Position numbers and translations under genes: made by a program. A DNA stretch of 64,000 nucleotides from Rebecca billardiae RCC1528. Taxonomy: Eukaryota; Protista; Haptophyta. The notes under the pieces were generated by a model. It did not search any database and was not told the DNA's origin. It saw only the letters and a program-made list of their open reading frames with translations. The first letter of the stretch is position 1. Every line of letters starts with the position of its first letter. This document shows positions 11,636 to 25,471 of the stretch, piece by piece. Location: positions 1,922,001 through 1,986,000 of the forward strand of contig OZ251231.1 of assembly GCA_965240325.2 (NCBI GenBank). The letters run 5' to 3'.

Positions 11636-14534
11636 TCATGCCTCCGCCTTCTGCGGCTTGCGGTGGCCGTAGAAGTTCTTCCCGTCGGGCACGAAGATGA
11701 GCTCGACCGGGTCGGCCGGCCTGATGTAGGGCGCGTTGCAGATGTAGAAGCCGCGCCGCTCGATCTGCACGATCTGCGAGCGCTTGAGCGTGCGCAGCGC
11801 GGGCTCGCCGATCGCCGGGTGCCGCTCCATCGTGCAGTCGTTGATGAAAGCCGCGCCGTCCTGCGGGCGCGCGCGCGCCACCGCGGCACGGCCGGGGACG
11901 CGTGTGAGGGCGCGGCGCGCAGGGCGGAGGCGACGGCTGCGGCGCTGCGGCGCTCGGGGCGCACCACGAGCTCGTCCTCCTCCTCGAGCGAGTCCTTCGT
12001 GATCAGGTGGTCGAGGTCGACGAGGTGCACCGCCACGTTCTCCGCGCCCGCCGCCACCCACGTGAGCTTCTTCTTGGTGTGCTTCACGTCGCCGGCGAGG
12101 TGGAGCCGCGCGTCGAGGGCCGTGACGGCGCCCGCCGCGTCACGGTGCACCTTCTCGGCGACCGCGTTGCCCCAGTCCATCAGCGTGACCTCCTCGCCCT
12201 CGGCGATCGCCGCCGCGTCCTCCGCCTCGAGCATGATCGTGTCCGAGTACCACTTGAGCCTGCGTAGCACGGCAGGGCGGAGGCGGGCGGCGCGGGGTCC
12301 GCGCATGGGGGGGCGTGACGGGGGGCGGCGCGCGGCGCGAGCGGAGCGGGTGGCGAGCCGCTCGCGGCCGCGCGCGCGGTCGCGGCGCGCGTCGGCGCGC
12401 ACTTGGTGCCGAGCTCGGGGTTCTTCTTGTGCTTGAGCAGCGAGCGCGCCTCCGGCTTGGCGGGCACCTCCGCCGCCACCTCCGAGCGCAGCCGCACAGT
12501 GACCGCGCCCGCGCTCGTGACCGCCGTGTATCGCGCGGCGGTCGGGTCGATCGCCTTGCGGTTCTCCGCCCAGATCTTGTCCCACTCCATCAGGTTGATG
12601 GAGACCGAGGCGCCCTGCAGCAGGATGAACGTGCGCAGGCCCTCCACCGTCATCCCGCGCCGCAGGAACCCCTGCATCGTCGGCATCCGCGGGTCGTTCC
12701 AGCCGTCCACCCGGCCTGTCTCCACAAACCAGTTGAGCTTGCGCTTGGAGAGCAGGCACTGCTTGAAGTTGATGCGCGAGAACGACCAGATCTCGGTGCG
12801 GCGCACGCCCTGCAGGTCGGCCATGCGGAAGTACTGCTCGTCGCGGTCCTTGTACTGCCGGTCGCGCAGCGCGTGCGTCACGCCCTCGTGCGCGTCCACC
12901 CACGGGCACGCGAAGTCGTACGTCGGGTACACCTTGTACTGGCTGCCCGTGAGCGCGTGCGGCGTGAGGTTGCACCGGAACGTGGTCGGGTCCCGGAGCG
13001 TGCCGTTCTCGGAGGCGGGGTCCATCTTGGCGCGGACGCAGCACGTGAGGCCGAGCTCGGTGGCCTCCTGCATCTCCTTCCACAGCCGCAGCGACTCCTC
13101 CACCGCCGCGTCGCGGTACGGCGACGGCTTGCGCTCGAAGCGCAGCTTCTGCTGCGCCTCGGCGGGCGACGGGTCGACGTAGCACTTGCCCTCAGAGATC
13201 AGCCGCGTCTGCAGGGCGAGCATCTCGGGGAAGTAGTCGGAGGTGTGCGTCACGCGCACCGGCTTGAGGCCGAGCCGGTGCACGTCCTCCACGATCGCCT
13301 CCTCGTACTCCGCCTTCTCCTTGGACGGGTTCGTGTCGTCGAAGCGCAGCAGCAGCTGCCCGTCCCACTCGTCCGCAAAGTGCGCGGACAGCAGTGCCGC
13401 CTTGGCGTGGCCGATGTGCAGGAAGCCGGAGGGCTCGGGGGCGAAGCGGGTGACGACCTTGCCGCGCTCCGCACCGGGCAGCTCGATGTTGAACTTGCCG
13501 CCCTTCCGCGCGCCGCCGAGGTACGCCACCTCCGCCTCCGCGAACGCGGGCAGCCCCGAGAGGTGGCCGTGCCAGCGCGCGAGGTGCGGCAGCGACTTTG
13601 CTGCCGAGGGCGTGCCCTTCACGCCCGCCCACGCGGCGCACTTGGCGAGCGCGGCGAAGGCGGCGGCGTCGGCGAGCGAGGGCTGGTGCCACTCGAGGAA
13701 CGTGCGCATCGCCAGCTGGCCGTTCAGCTGCACCAGCGCGCGCATGTCCGCGCCGCCCAGCTCCGCCTCCGCGCGCTCCAGCCACTCATCCACGCGGCAC
13801 GCGCTCAGCGCGTGCGCGCCGCGCGCGCGCTTGGCGGGCTCGGCGTCGGGCGCGTCGGCGGAGGGCGGCGGCGGCGGCGCGCCGTACACGCCGCGCTCCG
13901 CCGGCGCGAGCCGCGCGAAGTACCGCGCCACCGTCCGGTCGCCGCGCACCACGCGCGCCTGCCCCGGCACATGCAGCACGACTTCCTTCTCAGAGCCGAG
14001 CACAAAGTGCACCTGCAGCCCGCCCAGCTTGGCGGCGAGGAAGGAGAGCACGGGCGGCGTGGAGGAGTGGTGCTTGACGATGATGTCCGACGTCGCGCGC
14101 GTCGCGCCGCCGCCGCCGCTCGGCGCCGCCGCGCTCGGCGCCGCCTTGGGCGCCGCGCCCGCGGGCGGCGCGGGCGGCGCGTCCTTGCTGCCGCCGGCCG
14201 CCGCCGGCTTGCCGCCGCCCTTGGCGGCGGCGGCGGGCTCCCCGGCGGCGGCGCCGCCGCCCTTGCCCTTCGACTCCTTCTCCGCCTTCTTCTTCGCGCG
14301 CGCCGCCGCCTTCTTCTCCTCCTGCTCCTTGACGTTGGCCTGCTTCTTCGCCTCGTCCGCCATCGCCTTTGACGCGTCCATCATCGGCTGCAGCGCCTTC
14401 TTGAGCTCGAGCAGCATGTTGACGGCGGAGTCGATGTCCTCCTTCTTCGCGCTCAGGTCCGACTTGAGCTGCCGCACGGCATTCGCCTGCTCGGTCACCT
14501 TGCGCAGCGCCTCCTCCTCCTCCGGCGTCGGCAT
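11636..14534 (-). CDS. Cytosolic glutamyl-tRNA synthetase with N-terminal WHEP and GST-like domains (introns 12260-12402, 11861-11964)
   Basis: HIGH motif RFAPEPSGFLHIGHAKAA, LRFDDTNP, YPTYDFACP, LSKRKL, DGWNDPRMPT and anticodon domain QIERRGFY. WHEP-like EQANAVRQLKSDLSAKKEDIDSAVNMLLELK at the N terminus. Confidence 0.95.
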
Positions 14535-14699
14535 CGCGGCGGGCGCAAGGGTGGCGCTTGGCACGTGTTCCGCGCGGGCGATGGCGGCGGGCTCCGCGCC
14601 CGGACAAGTCTCTTGCCTGTGCACCAGGCAGCCAGGTGCCCAACCGGAACGAGGGAGCGGACGTTTCCCGGTCTCTTGCGACTTGAGCGGCGAGAAACA

Positions 14700-17600
14700 A
14701 TGGCTGATGACGACGCGCCGCAACCACGGACGCCCCTGCAGGCGCTGGAGGCGCTGCGGGCGCTCACGCGCAAGCAGGGCGCGACGCGCGCCGAGGCGTG
14801 GGCGCTGCTTCGCGAAGTACTCGCCGCGCTCGTCTCGCCCACCACGCCGCCCGCCGAGCGCCACCGCCTCTCGCGCCGCCTGTGGATGGTGCTCTCGCGG
14901 CCCGACCGGCTGCCGCTCGGCGCGCTCGAGGCGCACGGGGAGTACTCGCGCGAGGTGGAGGAGCTGTTCAACAGGTACCGGCGGTACGACGAGAGCGAGC
15001 CGTGGTCGTGGCACGCGCCCTCGCGCGACGGCGCCGAGCACTCCTCGCGCGGCCTCTCGCGCGCGCAGTGGCGCGCGCTCGTGCGCGAGTGCCACCTGCT
15101 CGAGATGCTCCGGCCGCGCGCGGGCGCGGGCAGCGACGACCTCGCGGAGCTCGCGGCGGCGATCGAGCTGAGCGAGGCGCTGTACGGCTGGTGCGCCGAG
15201 CGCACCTCGCTCTTCGCCGACGACGGCCCGCTCGACCCGCGCGCCGGCGCGCTGAGCGTCGCGTTCAGCGCGGTGCCCGCCGCGGTCGCCGCGTCGGCCG
15301 CGGACGACATCGGCGACGAGCCGCGCTTTCTGCTCACGATGCCGCTTGAGCACTTCGGGCTGGCGCTGCAGCTGTGCGTCGCGCTCGAGCACGCGCTCGA
15401 GCCCGAGCGCTCCGGCGCGCGCGTGCCCAGCGAAGACGCGCTCGGCGCGCGCAGCAAGCGTGTCACCCCGGTGCGCGAAAGCCGTTACGGCGGTTACGCC
15501 TCGCCGACGCGCGCGTCGATCGGCGCGGCGGCGGCGGCGGCGGCGAGGCGCGACCGGCCGCCCGACGCGCTCGAGTGGCTCGCGTGCGAGCGCCTCTCGC
15601 CCGCGCTCGCGCGCTTCGACGCGTCCGCGCGGCTGGGCGAGGAGCCGGTCCGAAAGTGCATGGCGGCGCACGAGCAGGCGCTTCGAACCTTGTTCGAAGC
15701 GTACGCGAGCGTGGGCGCGGTGGACGGCGCGGCGGCGGCGCGCGCGGCGGCGGAGGCGGTGGGCGCGCGCGACCCGAGCGCGCGCGCCTCGGCCGCGCGC
15801 CGGCGCACCAGCCTCGGCACGCGCTGGCGCGAGGCGGAGGCGTCAGAGGACGGGCGCGTGGCGGCGCGCGCCGGCGGCGGCGGTTTGGCCGGCGGCGGCG
15901 GCGACGCGCGCGGCGAGGACGGCGGCGCGAGCGACGGGGACGAGGGCTCCGACGCCTCCTCCTCCTCCTCCTCCTCCGCCGACTCGATCTCGCGGCTCCT
16001 CGCCGGCGCCACCGGCGTGCTCGGCGCTGCCGCGTCCGCGCAGCCGCACGCGCGCGGCGGATTTGACGGCGGCTTGGAGGTGGACTCACGCGGCAGGGCT
16101 GTGCCGCAGGGGGCGGCGGTGCTCCAGGGCTGGCTGGCAGGGACGCTCCCGCCGGCCGACGAGAGCCGGCCGAGCGGCGCGGCGGCGACGCTGGCCGGCC
16201 GCCCCGCGCAGCGCACCACGCTCTCCCCGCACGGTCTCGCTCACCTGCTGCTCGGCGTCGGGCTGAGCACCGTGGCCGCTTCTCACGAGGAGGCCTCTCG
16301 CGCGCTGGGCGGGATGAATCTGCATGTGCGCCCGCTGGCGCTGCGGCCGGGCGCGTCGGTGGCGGGCGTGGTGCAGGCGTGGGCGCACGCGCGGCGCGAC
16401 GGCGCGTCGCACCTCGCCGCATGCGACGCCGCGGGCGCGCGCGACGGCGTGTGCTACGCGCAGTTTTGCGAGCTGCTTGCGTGCCTCGGCGCGATCTCAC
16501 ACGGCCGGCCGCCGCATGGCGGCGCCAAGCCGGCGGCGCGGCGCGTGTCTGAGCTCCTCGAGTTTGCGCAGCTGCACCGGCCGGACGCGCTGCAGGAGAG
16601 GTGCGCGCGGGCGGGCGGGCGGAGGGCTGGCCGGTGGGAGGGGCGCCGAGCGCGCCGCGCGCCGGCGCCTTCACGCGCCGCGCTCGCTCGCGCGCTCACG
16701 CGCGCGCTCATTCCCCGCCCGCGCACGCGCGCGCCGCGGCCCGCGCAGCATCGCGCGGCTCGGCGCGCGCGCGGCGCACGTGTCGCTCTCCGTCCCCGCC
16801 GCGCGCGGGCTCGTGGCGGCGACGGCGGCGTCGGGGCTCGCGCGCGTGCGCGCGACACTGCGCCCGCTGGACGCTGCCGTCGAGGCGCGCGGCGGCCGCG
16901 CGCCGCCCTCGCGCGCCGACTCGCCCCCTGCCGGCACGACCGCGGGCACGGCGCGCACGGCGAGCGCGCGCGGCGGCGGCGCGGCGGAGAGCGGCGCGGG
17001 CGGCGCCGGCGGCGCGGAGGCCACGGCGGTGCACACGATGTCTGAGTCCGGCGTGCTCACCAACCGCAGCCGCAGCCTGGGCGACACGCCGACCGGCGAA
17101 GCGCCCGCCGCCGACTCGCTCGGCTCCGCCGCCGAGTCCGGGGGAGGCCGCCCCGGCAGAAGCCCGCTCGAGGTCGCGGCCGCGCTCACCCTCGGCGAGG
17201 ATGCGGACCCCGAGCTCAGGGCGGCGCAGGCGGCGATGGACGCGGAGACGCGCGCGGCGCAGGCGGAGGCGGACGTGCAGTACTCCAAGCTGGCGGCCGC
17301 ACTGCACGCCGCCAAGGCCGCGCACGCGCTCGCGCAGCCACTCGGCCCGCTCGCGCGCGCGGCCAAGGCGGCGGGCGTGGGCGCGGCCTCGGAGCCCGAC
17401 TGGCGCTCGATTCGGCCGCTCAGACTGCACGCGCAGCTCGAGGCGCTCGGGAGCCAGCTCCTCGAGGATGCGCGGAGCGGCGCGCCGCCTCGGTACGCGG
17501 CGCGGCTGGCGCACCCGCCGAGCGCCGACGCGCCCGCCGCGCCGACGCAGCCGGCGCTGCCGCCGCGCACCGCGCACACCGGCCGCCCGCCGGTGCTCCC

Positions 17601-18748
17601 GCCGCCGCCGCCGCCGCCGCGCGGCGCGGGCGGCGCGCCCGCGCGCCGCCCTGCGGGCTACACCGCACGCAGCGTGTTCGCGCCGCGGCTGATGCGCGAA
17701 GTGCTCGCGCCGCCGCCGAGCCCGCCGCCCGTCGCGCACCTGCTCGAGGTCGCGGCGGTGCAGCACAGCTCGGGCTTCCACGGCGCCGCCCTCTCCAGTC
17801 TTTTGCAGGTGAGGCGCACCGCACCGCACCGCGCCGCGCCGCGCCGCGCCGCGCCGCGCCGCACGCCGCGCGCGCGCGCACGGCGACGCGGCTGCGCGTG
17901 CGCCGCGCGCCGATCGGGCTGCACGCCCCGCCGCGCACGCGCGCTCACGCGCACGCACGCCCCCGCCGCTACGCCCCCGCCCCCTCCCCCCGCGCCCGCA
18001 GGCGGAGGGTCTGTACCGCCGGCTGCTCGCCGAGCCGAGCGCGCACCCGCGCGCGCACGGCGGCGCGGCGGCGAGCGCGCCGCCGTCTGCGGCGGAGGTG
18101 TTCTTCTTGCTCGCGGTGGGCGGCGTGTGGGAGTCGCAGGGGCACGACGAGCGCGCGTTCGCCGCGTACCTCGAGGCGCACCGCCACGCGCTCAGCGCGC
18201 GCGCCGACTCCAACCCGGAGCCGCGCGAGGCGGCGAGCGCGACGCGCGCGCTTGTGCTCTCAAGTGTCGGGGCGGTCGCGCACCGCGTGGGCGCGCTCGA
18301 GCTCGCGCGGGACTGCGCGGCGGTGGCGCTCGGGCTGCGCGAGCAGATCGAGGCCGACGCGCTCGTGCACCCCGCCGACGTCGCGCTCGCGCGCAACAAC
18401 CTCGGCTGCGCGCTGTATGCGCTCGGGGACGCGGCGCGCGCGCTCGGCTGCTTCCGCGCGGCGCGCGCGGCGCTGCGGGACGCGCTCGGGCCGATGCACG
18501 TGCGCACGGAGGCGGCGGCGTACAACGAGACGACGTGCGCGCACGCCGGCCTGCCGCTCAGGCTCGGCGACGACGTGCGCACCGAGCGCTGGAAGATGCC
18601 CACCGCCGCCGCGCGCGCGTCCACCGCCAAGGGCAAGAAACCAAAGGGCGCGCGCACCGGCGGGGCCAAGGCGGGCAGCCCACGCCGCAGCCGCAGCCCC
18701 AAGCGCAGGGCCAGCCCCAGGCGCAAGTCGCCGGCGAGGCGCAAGTAG
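14700..18748 (+). CDS. Hypothetical protein with C-terminal TPR repeats (introns 16601-16748, 17809-18001)
   Basis: Long ORFs joined by GT-AG introns. TPR-like ADVALARNNLGCALYALGDAARALGCFRAA...LGPMHVRT. Basic SPRR tail. Confidence 0.65.
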
Positions 18749-18924
18749 CCGGCAGCGCGCCGCGTACGGCCCGCCTAGTCAACGTAGAGCGACGCCGACG
18801 AGGTCCGAGCCGCCCCCCGGGACAGAAGGTCGAAGGAACCGCATTGGGTCTCATCGTGATTGCGGATTGCGAGATTGGCAGCAGATTGCGCTCGGGCTCC
18901 ACTCGGGCCGCACTGGGGCAAGCA

Positions 18925-19904
18925 ATGGCGACCAGTCGACGTGCCGATGCGGCGTGCCGGCGACGGCGGTGCATCCAGATCGCGCTGCTGGTGCTCGCCG
19001 CCGCCGCGCCCTCGCTCAGCCTCCCGCGCCGCGCCACCTCGGCCGTCCCCGGGCGCGCCCCTTCGTGGCGCTCCGATCAGCCGCGCACGCGCCTCCTCGA
19101 CATCCCAAAGCGGCAGCCCAAGAATCTGCGATTCGTCACGCCCAGCGGCAGATCGGTGCGCGCGCGCCGGCGGGCGGAGGCCGCGCGCGGTGGTGCGCGC
19201 GCGCCCACGCAGCGCGCCGCGCACGGACCCCGCCCCTTCCCCGCCCCGCGCGGCCCGGCGGGGCGCAGGTGGACGTGGTGAAGCGGCGGCACGAGAGCAT
19301 GCAGCACGTGCTCATGAAGGCGCTGGTGTGGGCGCTGCACTGCGAGGCGTACCCGGAGCTCGAGGTCGAGCGGGACATCGGCGATCGGTTCACGCCGGAC
19401 GTGATCGCGCTCGACGAGCTCGGCCGCCCGCTGCTCTGGGCCGAGTGCGGCCGGCTCGACCTCGACAAGGTCGCGTCGCTCGTCACGCGCTTCCCTCGCG
19501 CGCGGCTGCTGATTGCCAAGTGGGGCATCAACCCGGTGGGCTACGCGGCGACGGTTGGGCAGGTGGTGCGCGAGTGCCGCACGGCGGAGGGCGTCGCGCG
19601 GCCGGCGCGAGGGCTCGGCGCGCCCGCCGCGTGCGGCGCGGTCGACGTGGTCGCCGTGCCCGCAGACGCCGAGGAGCGCTTCGTCACGCCCACCTCCGTG
19701 CCCCGCGCGGGGGAGGGCGGCGCCCTGCGGGGCGCGGACGGGGCGGGCGCTGAGCCTGAGGTGGCGGCGTATCAGATCGCGCTGCGCGCGGAGGACCTGC
19801 GATGGGTGCGCGCATGGGGGCCCGATCCCACGAGCGACGCGGACGGCGATGCTGATGGCGGCATCGCTGACACCGCTGCGACGACTACTACTGCTCTCGA
19901 ATGA
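18925..19904 (+). CDS. YaeQ-like (PD-(D/E)xK-fold) protein with N-terminal targeting peptide (intron 19156-19268)
   Basis: ESMQHVLMKALVWAL...EVERDIGDRFTPDVIALDELGRPLLWAECG resembles the bacterial YaeQ PD...W.E.G core. Hydrophobic IQIALLVLAAAAPS leader. Confidence 0.6.
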
Positions 19905-20156
19905 TGATTCGCTGGGGTGGGTGGGCAGTCCGCCGCTGCTGGGATGGCGGCCGCGCGGCCCTCCGGGGCAGCATGATGACGACGATACCATATATATGAC
20001 GATGAGGCATATGCCACTAGCTGCGCGGTGAGGCGGCGGTCACTGCTACGCCAGTTCAGTAGCAGGGCCCCATCATCGTATGCGTCATCGATCGTCACAT
20101 CAGCAGCACGTAGCCCTCACGTACTGAGGCCCTCACAGTCACAGCCGCCTTAGAGA

Positions 20157-23092
20157 TCAGAAGTGCGATGGCTGATCGTAGTGCCAGTGCGGCTGTGCCT
20201 GATGCTGCGCCTGCGTCGCCGCCGGCTGGGACCATGCCGTGCCGGCCGGTGGCGGCGCTGCGAACACGGAGAAGGGCGGCGCTGGCCCTCCCGCCGCCGC
20301 GTGCGCGGCGTCTGACGGCAGCATGGGCGGCGGCGCCGCCACCGAGTAGGCCCTGAGGGTGAGCTCGGTCGCCGCTGCGCGCGCGGCCGCGCCGCCGTGC
20401 GCGCCGCCGCCAGTCGCCCTCGCCACGTCCTCCTTGGCCGCCTGCAGCTGCGCGCGCAGCCGCTCCCACTCGGCCGCGCGCGCCGCCTCGTCCGAGGGGT
20501 GCGGCGCGCCGTGCAGCGGGGGCTGCTGCTGCGGCGCGTGCGCGCCGCCGAGCTCGGCGGCGCCAAGCCACAGCGGCTCGTGCTGCGGCAGCAGCGCGCC
20601 CGCCGACGCCGCGCCGCCGTGCGCGCCGCGCGGCTGCGGCGGGCTGCCCGTGAGGTGCTGCAACCGTCGATGCATCTCGCGGCGCGCGGCGGTCGCGTCC
20701 GCGCTCGCGGCGAGCGCCGCCGCCAGCTCCGCCTGCAGCCGGCTCTGCTCGCCCACCGCGTGCCCGGGCGTGCGGCCCGCGCCGGCGTACGCGCGCGCCT
20801 GCTGCATCGCCGCCGCAGCGCTCGTGGGCGTGCCGCCGCCCACTGCGGCACAGTCGGCCTCTGAGCGGTCCGCGCCGCTTGCGCGGTGCGCGCCCGCCGT
20901 TGCTGGCGGCACGGCCGGAGACGGCGACGCGCCCACGGGCGAGATGGGTGCCGACAGCGCGCCGCCCACGCCGGGCGTGCGGTACGCGTGCGCGCTCGGC
21001 GCGCCGTGCTGCTGCTGCTGCTGCGCCGCCGGCCCGGCGCCACAGCCGTACCCGCGCCCACACGCGCCGCCGTGCGCCGCGGCCGCCGCCGCGTGATCAG
21101 CCGCGCGCTGCACAAGCGCCGCGTCCCGCGCGAGGGCGCGCTCGGCGGCGGCGCGCGGCGCGTCCGCGGCGCGCGCGCGCGGCGCGAGCTGCTGCGAGCT
21201 GAACGCGAGCTCCGCCTCCAGTCTGGCGGCGGGGCGAGCGCGCGGGTGAGCGCGCGGCGCGGCAAGGGGGGCGCGTGTGTTGTGCGCGCGCGCGTGCGTG
21301 AGAGGCAGCCGCTCGCAATGCGACGGGCGGGCGCGCCGGCGCGCGGGCGGTGTGCGCGCGCGCCCGCCGCCGCGCCCGCCGCCGCCGCCGGCGCGAGCGC
21401 GCACCGCGCCCGCGCCTCGCGCTCCGCAGCCAGCTCGCCGCGCGCCGTCGCCAGCTCGCGCTGCTGCGAGCGCGCGTCGAATGCCGTCGCCTTCAGCGCG
21501 TCGACCTCGGCGGCGAGCGAGCGCGCGCGGCCCTCCGCCGCGCGCTCGGCGGCGCGCGCCGCCGCGGCCGTCTCGGCCGCCTCCGCGGCGGCGCGTGCCG
21601 CCGTCTCCGCCGCGCGCGCCTGCGCGGCAGCGGCGTCGCGCGCGCGCGGGCGGCGCGGTGTGAGCGCAGGCGACCGCACGGGCGCAGCAGCAGCAGCCTT
21701 GCCGGCGCACCCGGCCCACCACCGGCGGCACGCGGCAGCACACACACGCGGAGCACACACACGCGGCAGCACACACACGCGGCAGCACACACACGCGCCA
21801 GCGCACACACACGCGAGCGTGCACGCGCGCGCCGCCGCCGCCGCGCGGGACTGAGGGCTGAGGGACGCGCCGACCCCGAGACCAGCCGCGCCGCACATGC
21901 CCGCCGCCGCCGCGCAGGAGAGGCCAGCACCCGCGGGGGAGACACGCACGCGAGCAGGCGTGTGCTTCTTTGCGTGTGCAAAGCGCGACACAGCGCGCCC
22001 GCGCGGCCGCGCGCGCGCGCGCACCTCTGCCTCGGCGACGCGCGAGCGCGCGTCGGCAGCATCCGCCTCAGCCTCGCGCGCGCGCTCCTCGGCGTCGGCC
22101 GCGGCGGCCGTGGCCTCGTCCGCGCGCGCCGCCGCCTCCGCGCGCGAGGCCTCCGCCTCCGCCAGCTGCTCCGCCATCGCCGAGATCTCCGCGCGCGCGC
22201 CCGCGCTCAGCTGCGCCGCTTGCTCCATCTTTGCCACCGCCGCGTCCGCGCGCGCGCCGCGCTCGTCAGCAAGCGCTCGGAGCTCGTGGGCGGCAGCCTC
22301 GGCGGCGGCGGCCTGCTCGGCGGCGGCGCGCGCGTCCGCCGTTGCGAGCGAGCCCGCGCGCTCGATCCCCGCCTCCGCGTGCCGCAGCTCCCTCACCAGC
22401 GTCGCCTGCGCCGCGCGCCGCTCGGCGTGCGCCGCGGCCGACGCGCGCCGCGCGTCCGCCGCCGCCTGCGCCGCCTCCGCGGCCGCCTCCTGCAGCTCAG
22501 CGGTGCGCGCGTCCACCGCGGCGCCGAGCGCGCCGGCGTCGGCCTCGGCGGCCATCAGCCGCGCCTCGAGCGCGCGCACGATCTCGCCCGACTCCGCGTC
22601 CGCCTCGCGCCGCTCCTCCTCCAGCGCGAGCGCCGAGCGCAGCTGCTCGCGCGCCGAGCGCGCGTCCGCGTCCGCGTCCGCCGCCGCGCCGACCGCCGCG
22701 TCGCGCTGCGCGCTCAGCTCGGCGAGGGCAGCGCGCAGCTCGCCGAGCTGCGAGCCCGCGCCGCCCGCGAGTGCCTCCGCCGCGGCGGCGCGCGCGTGCG
22801 CCTCGCGCTCCGCGGCGCTCAGCTCGTCCAGCGCCGCGTGCAGCGCGCCCAGCTCGTACCCCGCCGCGCGGTCGGTCGCGGCGGCGCCGAGCGCACCACG
22901 ATACGCATCGCGAGCAGCGCCGTCAAGTGCAGAGCGCAGCCGCGCCGCGTCGGCGGCGGACGCGTCGGCCTCGGCGCGCAGCGCGGCGCACGCGTCGTAG
23001 AGCGCGCGGCCCTCGGCGGCGCGCGCCGCGTCCGCGTGCGCCAGCTCCGCCCACAGCGCGCGCGCGCACGCCGACGCCTCGACGGCGCTCAG

Positions 23093-23129
<37 letters not shown>

Positions 23130-25471
23130 AGTGCGGACGGCGCGGCGCGCGCCGACAGGCCGCCGCGCGCGCCCTCGCCCGCGGGCGGCGGGCGCGGCAT
23201 CGCGCGGCGGCGCGCCTCGGCCGCCGCCTCGGCGTCCGCGTCGGCGAGCGCGGCGCGCAGCGTGCGCGCCGCCGCCTCGTGGCTGTGCAGCTTGCGCCGC
23301 GCCAGCTGCAGCGCATGGGAGGCGAGCGCGCTCGCGTGTGCCTCAGCCGGCACAGCGCCGCCGCCGAGGTCGGGGCGGCGCGGCGCGGCCGCGAGCGCGC
23401 GCGCGCCCTCGCCCGGCCGGAGCTCCTCGCACAGCGAGTACGCCTGGACGGCGAGCGCGCGCAGCGCGGCGGGCATCGCGCCGGCGGTCGCGAGCGCCGT
23501 CGACGCCGCGTTCGCCGACTCGGCGGCGAGCGTGGTCGCATCGGCCTCCGCGTCCGCGGCGCGGCGCGCCTGCGCCGCCGCGCGCGCCTCCGCCGCCTCC
23601 GCCGCGCCGCGCGCCGCCGCGGCCTCGCGCGCGCTCGCCGCCGCCTCGGCGCGCGCGGCCTCGAGCGCGCGCGCGAGCGTCGCCGTCGCCGCCGCGTGCT
23701 CCCTCTCCGCCGCGCCCGCGCGCTCGCGCCAGCTCGTCTCGAGCTGGCCGAGCTCCGCCTCGCGCGCGCTCAGCATGTCGGCAATCGCGTCGGCCGCGCG
23801 GTGGGCGACGAGGGAGGTGGGCGCGGCGGGCGTGGCGCTCGGGTTGGGGTGGTGCGCGAAGGCGGAGGGCGCGGCGTACGGCGGCGCGCCGAGCGGCGCG
23901 CAGCAGCGCGGCGGGAGCGGCAGGGATGGCACCGGCGGCGCGGGCGGCGGCGGCGCGGGCGGCGGCGTGCCGGGGAGCGGCAGCGAGGGGGGCGCCGGGC
24001 CGTGCCAGTGCGCACCGGACTGGTCCGGCTGCGGCGGCTGCGGCGGCTGGGCGCCCTCGAAGGCGTGCTCGGCTGCGCCCGGCCACGAGGCGCACGGCTG
24101 GTACGCCCCGCCGACCGCGCCGCCGCGCGCGCCGCCACACGTGCCAGCCGCGGCCGCCGCGGCCGCGGCCGCGGCGGTGGCTGCGGCCGCGGCGGCCGCG
24201 GCCGCGCGCGCGTCCCCAAATGCAGCGTCGGCGTTGAGCTGGAGAGATTGCATCTCCGACTCGCAGCCGGCGACCTCCGAGCGCAGCGTGCGCACCGCGG
24301 CCTCGCGCTCGCGCTGCTGCGCGCCCAGCGCCGCGCCGCCCGCGCTCCCACCCGCGCGCGCGCGCGGCGGCCGAGTCGCCGCCTTTGGCGAGGCGCAGCC
24401 TCCGTCGCGCGCGCCGCACGCGCCAGGGGCGGGGCTGGGCGGCGCGGGCACGGCGGCGGAGGGCGTGGCGCTCGCGAGCGCGCACGCCGACGCGGTGCCC
24501 GGGCCCACGCCCACGCTCGGCGTGCTCGGCGCGCAATGGCCGCCGCCGCCGCCGGGGCCAACGCCAGCGCCGCCGCCACCGCCGGCGCCGGCGCTGCCGC
24601 CGCCGCCGGTGCGCGCGGCCGCGCGCGCCTCGGCGAGCTCGACGCGCAGCGCGGCCGCCTCGCGCGCGGCGCCGGCCGCGCGCGCGCGCGCCTCGGCAAG
24701 CTGCTCGCGCAGCTCCGCGTGCGCCGCGTCGCCCATCCCGCCCGCCTGCCGCGCCAGCCTCGCCGCCGCCTCGGCCGCATGCAAGCGCGCACGCAGCTCG
24801 CTCTGCTCAGCGCTGCTCGCGAGCGCGCGCGGCTCGGAGGCGTCGGCGAGTGCGGCCTCGGCGCGCTGCGCGCGCGCCTCGGCGCGGGCGAGCGCCTCGG
24901 CCAGGTCGCGCGCCTCCGCCACCGCGCTCTCCGCCAGCTGCGCCGCGCGCTCCATCGCCGCGCGCTCGGCAGACGCAACCTGCGCGTGCTCGGCCGCGCG
25001 CAGCACCTCGGGAGAGGCGGCCGAGTTGGGGGCGGCGGCGGCGGACGGGGTCGTGGCTGTGGCGGGCTCGAGGCTCGCGCGGCGCAGCGCCTCGAGCGCC
25101 GCCTGCGACGCGGCGAGCGCCGCGTCGCGCTGCTCGAGCTGCTGGCTCAGGTCGTGCAACGACGCGGACAGCACACGCACCTGCTCCTGCTCAGACGCGG
25201 CGCTGATGCCGCCGAGGAGGCGGCGGCTGAAGGACTCGCGGCGCGAGGAGGCGCGGCTCGAGCCCTCCGACGGCGGCGTGCGCGCGAGCATCGGCGGCGT
25301 CGGCGACGGCAAGCTCGCCATGCTGAGCGCGCCGAGCAGCGAATCGCCAAACGCACACTCGATGTGTAACAGCTTGTGGAAGACGATCATCTCGGCGCGG
25401 AGCTGCCATATGTACGCGCGCGCGGAGGCGAGGTCGTCCACCGGGTACACGGGGCTGCCCCGGAAGGCCAT
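20157..25471 (-). CDS. Large Ala/Glu-rich coiled-coil protein (at least two introns near 21220-21405 and 21620-22025)
   Basis: Long heptad-rich ORF starting MAFRGSPVYPVDDL. The C-terminal exon is in the frame ending at 20157. Confidence 0.6.
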
